Assembly (NCBI GenBank): GCA_973895155.1
Contig: OZ316895.1
Coordinates: 24,016,281-24,080,280, forward strand
Source of the DNA: Marsupella aquatica
Taxonomy: Eukaryota > Plantae > Marchantiophyta
DNA: 64,000 bases
Direction of reading: 5' to 3'
Shown here: piece after piece, positions 36,436 to 48,606 of the stretch
Position numbering within the stretch: the stretch's first letter is position 1
How the letters are laid out: every line of letters begins with the position of its first letter
The notes under the pieces: model-generated
The model's database searches: none
What the model was told of the DNA's origin: nothing
What the model saw: the letters and a program-made list of their open reading frames with translations, nothing else
Made by a program: the position numbers and the translations under genes

Positions 36436-39400
36436 ACCTCCCATCCTAAACGGTATACATTCCGTCAAAGACAGTGGTTCTTTTGTGTGTAAGTATGTGC
36501 ACTATGTGGTTCCTGTCTGCAAGCAACTATTGTTGCAGTTGGGTTTTTTCAGGAGTGCACTACTTATTGTGATAGCACTGGTAACAAGGCGTTATTGGCC
36601 ATAATGCTCCCCAAAGGAGGCCATAGCTCAAGTTTTCAGGGGCTAATGTTGCACATAATCCTTTTGTAATTTAGGGCATTGATACACGTTTAAAACTGAG
36701 GCCTGATAATTTTTTCTCTTTTAAAACTCTTTTTTGCAACAGAATAGGAGAAGTTTCAGAGTGCCTCATCCAAATATGGATTGTGCATTCTTCCATAAAG
36801 CACCAAAATCTAGAAAGTGAAAATCACTCACTACATCAAGTTAGTGGGATGATCTGTAGGGAAAGTCAACTGTATCTTAGGGCCTCGTTCCATGTGCAAC
36901 TGCCCCCACCCTCATGGCCCCCTCCAAGACCAATGGCAAAGATTGGGATTATTGAATCTCAAGATGACTTCAAAGGATGGTGGGCGCCTATTGTCTCTTT
37001 TTACTTGTTATGAGATTAAATCTGGACCGTATACCCAATGGAAACAGCTGCAGTTGGTTTCAGCGCCCATCGAGGTAAGGTGTCTAATGCTCCTACATGG
37101 CAAGCAGTGGACCCAATGACTGCTGATGTGAAGTATTGACTTTGTCTATTTTTAGATCAACTCTAAAGGTGATACTAACATTTTTATATGCAAATATGAG
37201 ATAGATCTGGGAGTAAAAGCTCTAGAAGATAAAAGCAACTGGAGGGACAATGTTTGACGGGGCAAGGTGTTTTCCATGTGCCAAAACTCCCAACACCAAT
37301 GTTGCAGACCTCAATCAGATATAAGCAAGAGCGCATTGAGAACACTAAACTGAGGGCCCAAACAAGATGGACATATGCAAAAAAATGCACCACCACAATG
37401 CTGCAATCTAAATACTCATGGATTTGCCAACACTTGCACACAGCCCCACCTGCAAACTGTTGTTGCTATTATTGATATCAAACCTGAAGCTCTTGAAGGT
37501 GTGGTGACCTAGGAGTTGTGGCTGGTGTGGATCCTATTGCTATTGTTTGAATGTATAGATCCTATGGCTGGTTGCTGATCTGAGGAGGGTGGAATTGGGT
37601 TAAGGGGAGCCAATATTGACTTGCGACATGGCAACGGGAACCCGTATACAAGTTAATAGTGACCTGAGTACAAAATGTGGGGTCGCATTGATAATTAATT
37701 TTGTTTTGGGGGACAGTTAGTAAAAAGTTGTTCATACAAATCCCTCTCCTGCAGATGGAAATATTCAATGCCATTGAAAGCATAGTACTTGGTGGTGGGT
37801 CAGCATGCTTCCATGGTCACCCCAAGTTGGTTAAATTGGATGACTTCATGGCTGCTCAAAAATGGAGATTGCTTTAGCCTGAGGTACATTAAGCATGAGA
37901 GGCAATCTTGAGGGCAATCAATGCCTATAATCGTACTTAGACGGGTAGCAGGGTCCCTTGGGCAGTTTCAGGTGACACATAGCCAATTCCCGAGTGAGGG
38001 ACAAGCCTTAATAGTGACTGATGAGCCTTCACGATCAGCCATATCCCTCCTGCTTCTGTCGACGCCATAAGGATGATGGTCCCGTCCCTCCTGCACCAGC
38101 CCATTGCCCGATCCCATTGAGCCTCTTGTTCCAAACCCCATCCTTTCCAATTTTGCCCAAAATAACCCCCCTGGTCGGAACGAAGACAATGTATTCAACA
38201 TATGAAACCTACATTGTCGGGTACATTTTGAATGTTGCATCGACGGGCAAGTTGGAGCTTGAGCTGTAGCATCGGGTCAATTTTAGGGCTGCTTAATCAA
38301 ATACACAATCGGCGCCATTGTTGTTGTGAGCACATCTTGCCTATAAACAATTTTGGCCACATTTCAATAGTTCTACAATAGTCACGGAACTCAACTACCT
38401 TAACACTTAGCTCCGGTGTCACTGACTCCAACACCGAGCTCCCTTATGGTCCAGGCCCGGATAGGCCATCCGGGGAGGACTTAGCATAGGGAGACTTGCG
38501 GGCAATGAGACGTGGCACTAGCGAAGGCAAGGAGCCAAGCTGGTGACACACATTAAGGACTTAGGCTAGCTGAGAGCTGGTCGGGTCAAGGGGAAAAGGG
38601 GTCGGGCTCAAGGTCGGTCGTTCGGACCCCCGGACGGACTTTGAGTTCTCAGCGCTTGAGTGGGAGCTCCTCTTGGGCCCAAAGCCGAAGGAGTTGACGT
38701 CATGGGCAACGGACGCTTGGGGTATGAGTTATGACCCAATCCGGGTTTGGCCGATCGGGGACCCCGAGCAACGATGAGACCTGAGGGCTAGGCATGAGCA
38801 CTGGGTCGGCCCAATCACAACGGGCTAAGGCACTCCGCTTGTGGACGCCTAACAAGAAAGTTATGGGCGTTGCCAGTTGGTGGCGCGCCCAGTATGCGCG
38901 ATAGGATCCGGGTTGGAGGCCAAAAGTTTAGGGACCAAAGCTGGTCCGGGGGTGGCAGGTCTCCAGAAGCATATATGAGGGGAGTGGTGTCTCCCTGGGG
39001 GCCAAGGGCGAGCCGAAGTCGTCAGCCGCGATGGTCGCGACACTAAGGGAAAGTGTCAAATGGGAACGATGATAGCTTCCCAACGGGAAGTCTATTGGTG
39101 GACTTCTTGGATGCGCTGGAAAGCTCTCAAGGAGGGCTACGTCCTCCTGATCTCAACTGGGTCTGGGGGCGCCATGGGTTCTCAAGGTTTGCGGGTGTTA
39201 TCTTGCCCGCTTGCCAAATCCTGCCGAAATAACAGCCAAGTCGCGTTCAATCTCCCAAGGGAGCTTGCGTTGGGGAGGCAAGGCCAAGTAGGCGTGGAGG
39301 ATGAGTTCCAAGGGTGCTTGGCCCCTAGACCATTAGTGGGGCAAACCGGGAGTTGGTTGCCAGAGGGCCATTCTATCCCGACGTGTTGGGACAAGCTTTA

Positions 39401-40590
39401 GGACAAGCTACGCTATTTGGGCCATGAGCATGTCCTGGGGTCAGGGTAGTCAGTTGGTGATGAATAGGTACGAGGGGGAACCCGGGCCGCCCCCAAGGAA
39501 GGAGCTGTTATGGACAAATAGTGGGTGTGGGTTCTAGTTCCGGCTTATGGCATCGAGAGGACCTATTGCTGACCTATTTACCAATGTCTGTTGAGCTTGA
39601 GTTAGGATGCTAGACATGGTGAGTTCTAGATCCTAAAGGGTTACTTACCGAGGCGCTTGGTTGCTTGTGAAGACAGTGAGGACCGTTGAGTAGCGGTCGT
39701 GTTGGAGAGCAAGTGCGGCTTTGCATGGGAGGGGCCGCTGGTGGTGATAGGGGCACTAGGTTGCTTGCTCGAGGTATTCCGTGGAGGCGTTTGGGCACCA
39801 GGAGCACTTAGGCGTGGATGCTGGGATTGGTGAGGGCGTTGGGTAGCAAGGTCCACCACTACAAGGGTGCAGATAGATCATACATCTCAGGCAAGTCCTT
39901 AGGCACCAATCTACTTCTTGTGAAAGGAATTACATCCTTGAGCAATGTTCATCGTGTTGTTCTTGATTGGCAATGTCATCTCGTTGGTCCAATGCACATT
40001 AGGGTCCTTAAATTGCCGGAAGCAAATCCATTTCCCTGAAAATTCACATACCATGGATGCACTAAGAGGACCTCGTTGGGAATATGTTAGGGGTCAATTG
40101 AAGGATCGGCTCATAAGTTATGTCTCCACAATTCTGTTGGGAAAGGAAAGTTCATTCATATATTTCATTTTCAACTCCTTTTGTCACACAACAGTTTGCA
40201 AGCCAATTGTGGCAAACCTGCACTGCATGCATGTATTTGGGATGCAACGACACACCTACTGCATCGGAATTGGCGGCTATGAACCATGCAGAGCAATACA
40301 TGTTTGTGCGTGAATGTATTAAGGACTTGCCTATTTGCAATGACAATTAGGGTGCAAGATAGAGTTATTCATAATCAGGAGCTAGAAGCTTGGGGGTCTC
40401 ACTATATGGTGGCCTCCCCATCACTTGTGACGTTTTTAGGCCTCAGACTCCCTAAAATGTAAGAAAAAATATTGTTATTAACCCCTATAAAGTTAGAATA
40501 TTCTTGGAATATTCCAAAATTTGGTTAGAAGGACCCTAATATTCTTATAAGTCTCAAAATTGGATTTGAAAGATCATATTATTTCTGAGA

Positions 40591-40685
40591 AAATTCTTAA
40601 GTCTTCCCTTTGAACCAATAAAATGGCCCTATCCTTTGTCGCACCTGATGTGCCATTTTTGTGGAACATCAAGTGAAACCCCGGA
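40591..40685 (+). repeat. Dispersed repeat; second copy at ~45370-45458
   Basis: aaattcttaagt.tt.c.ttt...aataaaatg.ccctatcctt..tcgcac.tga.gtg.catttttgtg is shared. Confidence 0.75.
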
Positions 40686-42036
40686 GGTTGGATGTCATTT
40701 CCAGTCAGAGCATTTAGGCACCCACTCGTATGTGCCAGCCTTCACTGACACCAAGGCAAGGTGCCCAATGGAGCCCTCCACCAGGGGTCATTTCAGCGGA
40801 AGCCCCGGTTTCCTCCTGTCTGTACCACTCCACCGTGGGTCCCTGTGCCCACATTACTCGGGGGGTTAACTAAGTGTATATTTTAGGGTACCATGTGCGA
40901 TCCTAGCCTAATATAAATAGACTTATTTTATAAAGAAAATATTCCAAAAATATTCTCTATTTTTAATATTAATAACCTATTTTACTTTATAAAAGGTATA
41001 TATTAGAGAATATTCTATAAACATGAGTTTATAATACCTTCTTTTGCCTCCTACGCATTTTAAAAATTTAGTTAAGTTCTATCCAAAATACCTATTTTGG
41101 ATCGCACGTGGTACCTAAGATTTTTTATAGTCAACCCCCCGAGCCACATTACCATTACCCATGACTATGTAGTCTACAAACTACAAGGTCAAGGAATCCT
41201 TGACCTTGAAGCACGGGACTTCATACAAGAGTGGTTCTTCTTTTTTAAACACACATTTCCTAAGGCTCTAGTGCAAAAGAACATGAATTGGGAAGCGAGG
41301 ATGTAGAGGATAGTGGGAATATGTTGTCCATTGTCAGAAGGCTAGCAAATGTGTTCAGTGCATCACTAGATATGTACTCCTTCCAACACCCAAAACATTA
41401 GATTAGCCATTGACCTACTGACCTAGATGATTGGAAGAAAAACATTTTTTGTAATGGAGGCCATTGTTCATGCGAGCACATGATGATGAATATGCAAAAT
41501 AAACTTTGTATACTTTGTCCACACAGTGTATATATTTTGTTCAAGGTTGACGCGTGCTACTGTGAAAAATACACATGGTATAATTGTGTTTGGTTTTCTC
41601 CTAACGTGGATAACTTTGTAGAAGTGACATCTTTGACCACCAACTGAAACTTTACGCTTCATGCAAAGGACAAAGTAGAGTATCTTATGCCCTTGTGGTG
41701 AATGAGGTAATGAAATCATCCACGTGGCCAGAACTAAGAACCGGGCATTAATCACAGATTAGGGTAATGCGACACCATATTTTCCATTGCCTACACTCAT
41801 TGCATGAGGATCACTTTCAAGAATATTTGTGTAACCAAGCACTACAGATTACATTAGCCAGGTTAATACCACTTAACACGCATTGTTGCAGTGACCTTTG
41901 TATGAAAATTACTATGAGTCTTTAAGTAGAAAAAATCATTGTTTCCCTTTTTTTCATATTATTACAAGTACGTATTTACTTCTGTTTCTCGCAATTTCAT
42001 ATTTCAATAGGTACTGAACATTGAAAAAATAAAGAA

Positions 42037-42069
42037 CTCCTTGGGTAGGACTTGAACCTACAACCAATC
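42037..42069 (-). pseudogene. 3' half of a tRNA (organellar trnN-GUU-like fragment)
   Basis: Minus strand GATTGGTTGTAGGTTCAAGTCCTACCCAAGGAG has a perfect T-arm GTAGG-TTCAAGT-CCTAC followed by an acceptor-stem 3' strand. No D arm or anticodon arm upstream. Confidence 0.5.
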
Positions 42070-42094
42070 TTTACTCAAATATAACTGTGTATAC

Positions 42095-43900
42095 TGTTAT
42101 TTTTATATTTTTTATAAAAAAATTTTAATGAATGATAAGCCTTTATAGATAAAAGCCGGGGGCAGAAGCACCCGAGCAAAAAAGAACAATCAAACCCAGG
42201 TACGAGACGCCAGAAGCAGACCCGGCCCAAAAACACACCCCACCAAGCACAGGGGAACAAACCCCAGACTAGATCAGCCCACAAATATCTCACTATCAGT
42301 CATAATGTCACTAATGTTTGGAATAGCCCATGGTGATTCCTAATGTAACTAGACTCACAAAAACTAACGTAGCAACTCGTGGTCTGATTGCTATTCCTGC
42401 CTTTAGCACCTCTCAAGAGTTCATTGTGGGTAATACCAGGGCGCTGTCTACTAGCAAACCTGCATTGGTTCAGGTTGATCCAACCCGGGTCATGGTTGCC
42501 TCTCTCCTGCTCGCAATAGCCCTGCCAAACATGCTTCCAATCGGTGCCGTCATTGGCGGTCACTCTGTACTCGTCGTAGAAATGAGTGCGTTCAGTCATG
42601 TTCATTGTTTTGAGTCATCGTGACCGGGACCTCCAGGTTGGCCCAAGGGCGAAGGACCATGTCAAGCTCATCAATCGTCAATTGAAGCTTCCTGGATTTC
42701 TTAGAAGTTCTACTTTCCAGCAGCATCGCCTTGATGTGATCGCAGGCATTCTTTAGGACAGCCCAGCTCGGAAGCCATCCCAGGAACTGAGAGTAGACCT
42801 GGGCATTACATTTGTTCCAGTTTGTGTTACAGAGCTCAGTCAGCAGAACAATAGGCCTAGGATTCCGTTTTTGCACTCTCAAAGCAATAACCACATAATC
42901 GAAAAGATTGTTTGGCAGGTACTTCAACGTGGTGGTGTTTCTGAGAAGAGTCCTAATCTCCTGCCACCTAGGTTGCACTCTCCTGCAATGGAAAAAGAGG
43001 TGTTTTGTGCATTCAAACCCACCATTACACCGCTCACAGCTGCCGTTGCACACTCCCCATCTGCTAGCTCTCCCATTGGTGAAGAAGCCGTGCTGGATCA
43101 ATCTCCAAATGAAGAATCTGACTTTGGGAAAGGTCCATCCCCCCCCACATCTTGTTCCAGATTTGGTACCAATTGGTCTGACGTCCGATTTGTCGCCATC
43201 TTCTGTTGAGTTTCTGCAAGCTGTCCTCAAGATCATTAGAAGCTGAAGTCCAGATCCTGTTAGCATATTTCCAGCCTCTATGTCGAGTTTGCCACTCCCA
43301 AATCCACCCAGTGTTTCTGTGGAGAGCCATAACCGTAGGGGTATGATCTCCCACCATCGTGTCATAGAGCTTGTTGAATTCCTCCACTCCAGTTTGTCGT
43401 GTGTTGCGGATCATGCAGATGAGTTGGTCCTTCCCGATCCATTCGTTGTATACTGTTTAGTCTTCAGACATGTGATACAGCTTACTTGGTTGCCTTGGCT
43501 TATTGCCTCAGTGTGAGTGACATTCTTTTTATGAAAAGGGGTTGAGGGTCATTGAAGGTAAGTTTTACTGTCCTTATTACTGACCCGTCGCTTCCTTTTG
43601 CAGCTTCTTGTTTCCCGAGCAAGGTTCTGAAGGGGAACATCCGCGACAATGAGGGAGGCCATGACAGCAATACTGAGCCCAAACCACTGCCACCTCATCG
43701 GAAGTCTACTTGTGCCAAAAGAAGCCCGGACTGTCACTAAAGGACCCCAAAACAGCTTGGAAGAAGATGGTGTTCATGCGACACAGCCTAAATGACACCC
43801 CCCTTAAAATCCTCGGCCTTTGACAGAGTACCTACTTGGATTACTTGAAGCACAATGTCTAAGGATACAAAGAGTCTACCTCCTCCGAGGGCAAGTCGGT
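42095..43900 (-). mobile_element. 5'-truncated, frameshifted non-LTR retrotransposon (L1-like LINE), ORF2 3' end
   Basis: zf-RVT motif PKVRFFIWRLIQHGFFTNGRASRWGVCNGSCERC...ECTKHLFFHC in ORF 42592-43365. A U-rich 3' UTR ends in A-rich ataaaaaatataaaaataa (~42097-42115). No RT core is present, and the upstream boundary is approximate. Confidence 0.85.
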
Positions 43901-46598
43901 GAAGGGCACAGGCAAACAAGCCTACAAAATATCCTATTCAGAACTCATTTCTTCTCCTGATAATTATTGGTTTTGTTTTAGACACCAGCAGTTATTTTCC
44001 TACTTCGTGATACAGGTGTTAATCTCCTTATAGAACTCTAAACAAAACTTCTTCTTACATTCCATCTCCCAAAAGTGTTCTATCAAATTATTTTGAGGAT
44101 GTCCACCTTCCTCGAAGGGAGATATCCTTTCTTCTAGAATGGCCAAACATATACTTATGGGACACTTTCTCACCCATTTTATGTTTGGCATCTCCCCTCT
44201 AGTCTAGATGGATTTTTTTCCTGTCCATCACATCAAACATGATCATTTCCATGCATTTTCACACTTTTGTCAATTTACACCAAATCCTGATATTTGACCG
44301 CACCTATTATCTTCACATTCCTCCTTTTATCAATCAATCACACTATTATCTTGGAAATAGTTCTCCTTGACATGTGAAATTCATTTGGACAATTCTCTTG
44401 GTGTGAAATCAGAAACTTTGGTAACAACCTGCAATTGAATTACAAGTGCCCACAGAGCAAGGAAGACCAGAGAATGCACACTGGAGAAGGCTACAACAAA
44501 ATTTGGTGCAAGACCCAAGAACCAATTGGTGACTTGGCCACATGCACCCCTGAGAATTTAACCAACAAAGTAGTGGAAGAGTAGGACTGATGAAGACCAC
44601 TCTGGTCAGCAAAGGGTTGCTAAAGAAAGAGCAGTATTAAAGAAAGATACTAAATACATATCACACTGTCAAAGAACAAAAAGTGTCAAGTCAGGGGACA
44701 AAATCTGAAGCACGAGATCCAATAAAGAGGAGAACACAAGGGGAATAACCCTAAGACCCAAAATGGCCATGAACATTGTACCTTGAACCCATATGAGGGA
44801 TCCAGAGTAAAGATTTCAAACAGTTTGCTTCACACACTTCATAATGTTTTAGAAGGCCCTTCAGGTGTCATCTGAAAGAACAACAACTTTTCAATCGTAC
44901 CAAGAAAGCAGACAAGTAGTTCGTAAACAGTGAGATACTCTTACAAATTCCTTCTATAAAATTCTCCCTAGCTTTCCTTTCCTTTATACTTGTGTTACAT
45001 GTGTCCATTGAGTCACCTTAGCCAACCGTTTTGTGTGCATCCAGGAGTTGGCTTAGGTTCTAAGTCTAAATAAACCATTTTAGAAGCTGTGCCTTATATA
45101 TTACCATACTCAGTTATAATAGATTGCCACTTGCTTTTGGATGACTTGCCCCCTTTTTTTAGTTTAGCTACTACCATGCGACCTTTTTTTGTCACATGTT
45201 AAGAAACTTCACTGCAATTCATACCAGGTGATTTGACAATGCTGAGACTGCCATGTTGCACCATCCACCGAGCCATCCACGGGCTGTAAACATCCTCGGG
45301 TTGAAATTAACGACCCTTGTCACTCCTCACCTAGGGTGCAATTTTGGCCACCCTAGTGTTCTTTCCAGGAAATTCTTAAGTTTTCTTTTGGAATAAATAA
45401 AATGCCCCTATCCTTCATCGCACGTGAAGTGTCATTTTTGTGAAAATGAAACCCTGAGCAATCACTTGTGCATTATGCACCGAAAAGGGAAAATTTAATT
45501 GTTGATTTAGGCAACCAAATACCAAAGTCAGCAAACCAAATCTCCACACCTATACTTGCACTGCAGTCATGTTCTAGTGTAGTTTGTTTGTGCCACATCA
45601 CATAAACCTGAATGCGTGAAGGTGTGTAGAGGTTCATTGTCAGACATTATGATTGTTGGCATGTTCTACTTTCTGCCACATCACATACACCCAAAGCCTG
45701 AAGGTGTTTGCTGAGAATCACTTGCCCGATTTTTTAATTTTTTAATTTTTAATTTTTTTTCTCCCTGAAATTGAAGCTCTGATGGACCACCATGTTTTTT
45801 TTGCGCGGGGGGGGGGGGGGGGGGGGGGGGTTTGCATGGTCCAGGAAACTTTATGCGGGAACACCCGGGCAAAAGAATACATCTGCCTTGAAGGAGGAGG
45901 AAGAGAACGGGACTCGCCCAAAAACAATTAACTGGGGCTAAGAGAGGGAGCACACCCATAGAAAATAAGGGGGGGGGGGGGCTCCCAACCGGACTGCCAG
46001 GAAGGAGGGGCAAGTTGAAGGTGGAAAGGAGGGCCTCCAAATGGACTGAAGGAAAAAAACTGCATGAACTAGAGCCAGCAAACAAATCCGGTATCCGCCA
46101 GAAGTCATGTTGAGCAACCGCCAATCACTTGCTCCACTGGTTGACCACCCAAAATCTATCCTCAGCCAATGTCCATGAACCACTTTCCTTGTAGTGACTC
46201 ATCTTCGCCTTGATCTCCAATATATTTGTTTGTATGGTCTGGGCTCACTTGTCCGATTATTAGAGTAGTGTGCAAACAAATGAAGGGTATTTAAAATCCT
46301 GTCAAACCAATAATTATAAACATTTTTTTAATCAAGGTGGTAATCAAACTCTTCATATATCAGTTTATGATTAGATGAAGGGTTCACCATTATTTTAATT
46401 TTTACAAAGGATATTATTGAAAATGCTTTAGACATGCCCCACTATCTAATTGGTCCATGAGGCACCTTTAAACAATATGTCATGTGGGGGATCATATGGA
46501 ATGTTTAATATGTCCTCTCTATATGTTCTCATCAATATGAGAACCTTAAATAATTATTGGAGTATACTTATTTGGTAAGTATTACTCGTTGGTAAGGG

Positions 46599-46720
46599 CT
46601 ACTGTCTAGAGTGAAACCTCTAAGGGGGTAACAAAAAGTAGGTACAGAAAACAAGGACAGGGGCAAAGATGAGAGAGAAACAACAAAAAATAATACAAAT
46701 TTTGTTGAGTCTCATCTCTC
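46599..46720 (+). repeat. Dispersed repeat, possible non-autonomous element end; second copy at ~61791-61930
   Basis: ctactgtctagagtgaaa(c/t)ctcta is followed by gggg..aaagt..agaaaaca.gga..gggg..agatga in both copies. Confidence 0.7.
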
Positions 46721-46829
46721 TATATAAGCTCAATGAAGGGGTAACTACCTGTCGTCCCCGTGAACACAGAGCCAAGGCACTATATTTGAATAGTGGGCCA
46801 TGGGACGTTATATTCAAAGAGTGCAACCA

Positions 46830-47460
46830 GGGCATTGTGTTTGAGTTTCGACACTATGTTTTGGAATTTTTTTACCTTGTGGTGTTGTGTTTGAACAATG
46901 ACATTGTGTTCAAATTTAGGCATTGTGATGAATTTAGGATGTAAGCAAGAATGATAGACATAGAATTTAGGGTGTAAGCAGGATTGAAAGGCTAATGGTT
47001 CCCAGACCATTTCAACCCTGGCCAAATTTGGTGAGACAAAATAGAATAACGGCTTAGAAAATCATTCTCTGATTCCTACTGCATTTGCACATGGCTGCAA
47101 CTATTTGCAGAGTTGTCAAGTGCCATTTCAATTGAGTATGTGTGGGCAATATTGCTCCAAAAATTGCGCCTACCATTGTTGTCAAGATCTGAAGCTAATC
47201 AATCTCTTTTTGTTTACTTTGCTTATGCTTTGATTGTAATTCATGAACTTGCACTTTTTGTGCTCAATGCTGTCAAGATTAGGAAAAACTCAAACACAAC
47301 CCTGAACATTCAAACACAAACCCATATTTGAACACAAGGCCATATTTGAACCCAATGCCTGGGCGTTGTGTTAAAATGATGTTGTGTTCGAGTTAAAACT
47401 ACTTTTTCTTACCAAGACTAAAAATTTTCAACTTTCGAACACAACGCCCGGGTGCTGTGT
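46830..47460. repeat. Array of TTGTGTTYGA/TCRAACACAA motifs in both orientations (foldback/MITE-like relic)
   Basis: Many motif copies. Perfect 12-bp inverted repeat gggcgttgtgtt (47361-47372) / aacacaacgccc (47438-47449). Confidence 0.6.
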
Positions 47461-48566
47461 CCGGGGGAAGACGGCAGGCAACAAGTGAACCTGAAGCCTG
47501 AAGGTGTTTAAATGTTCATTTTCAGAAAGAATGCTAGTTTGTGCTTGTACTGGTTTCTGCCACATCACAAAAGCCTGAAGGTGTTGAGAGGTTTGTTTTG
47601 AGAGAGAATGATTGTTTGCATGCAATTTAAGACAGCAAAATAACCACCATGACAACACGAGCGAAGTGTTGGGGCGTACAACAATGCTGGTACAAGAATA
47701 TTCTATGAAGTTTTGCAGTAAAGTGACACAATCACGAGTACCCTGAGAACCCAAAATCACTTTCCCATGGTACTTTAACCTGACCCTTCCCATTCAGATC
47801 ATGCCTCGACGGAGAATATTATCCTCCCCTTGTGATTAGAGTTATGCCCTTTCCATGGGACATTAAAACTCGGCCACACTACCAGATGCATTTTTTCCTC
47901 GAGGCAATCCGCACACCCATAATTGACAAAGTGGCAGGAATTTTGTGAGTTGTCCTCTGGAAACTGTGAACTGAAGAATTCCTGTCTGATCTGACAGCAT
48001 CTGAACTAAGTTGGGCTGACATATGTCAGTGAGTGTAACGACTAACGAAGTCTTAGGGCCACTTTTGGGCACGAGTTGTTGTTGAATTTAATTCATTTAA
48101 AATGAGTTGGTGGGTAAGATGGCATTCACAGTCTCCTACATTCATTATTTTGGGCTACTGAGCATCATTCAAGCAAACTAAAATTAATCTGAAGTACAAT
48201 AGTCGATTGCCAGAAGGCAAATTGATACAATTATTTTGTATCCGCTTTATCTGCCCGTCCTGCGTACATTATCGTCTTCAGTTATACATTTCGATTTCCA
48301 AAATGTGAATGCAATTGGTCTGGAAAAATATTGAATAAGGAGGTACGAAATAGGAGCACAGGTGTACCCATGCATGTACCTATCCACCAACTGAAAGGGT
48401 CTCCTTAAAGAACAACAGCCTAAAGAATAGAGACATACATGCAAAGAATCACAAAGTAATCCATGTTGTGCAATTATTTTTGACCTAGTGTAGTTTTGAG
48501 GAATAAGTGTGGACATAAGAGGTATTACTATTTTACACTATATGTGGTAAGAAATGTAAACTTTCT

Positions 48567-48569
48567 TGT

Positions 48570-48600
<31 letters not shown>

Positions 48601-48606
48601 GGGGGG
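48567..48606. repeat. (GT)n followed by poly-G
   Basis: tgtgtgtgtgtgtgtg followed by ~23 G. Other long G runs lie at ~45806-45830 and ~63841-63860. Confidence 0.85.

Noticed and set aside
45806-45830. Long poly-G tracts (also ~32128, ~48584, ~63841) as G-quadruplex elements
   Set aside because: Homopolymer lengths are unreliable in assemblies and there is no functional context.
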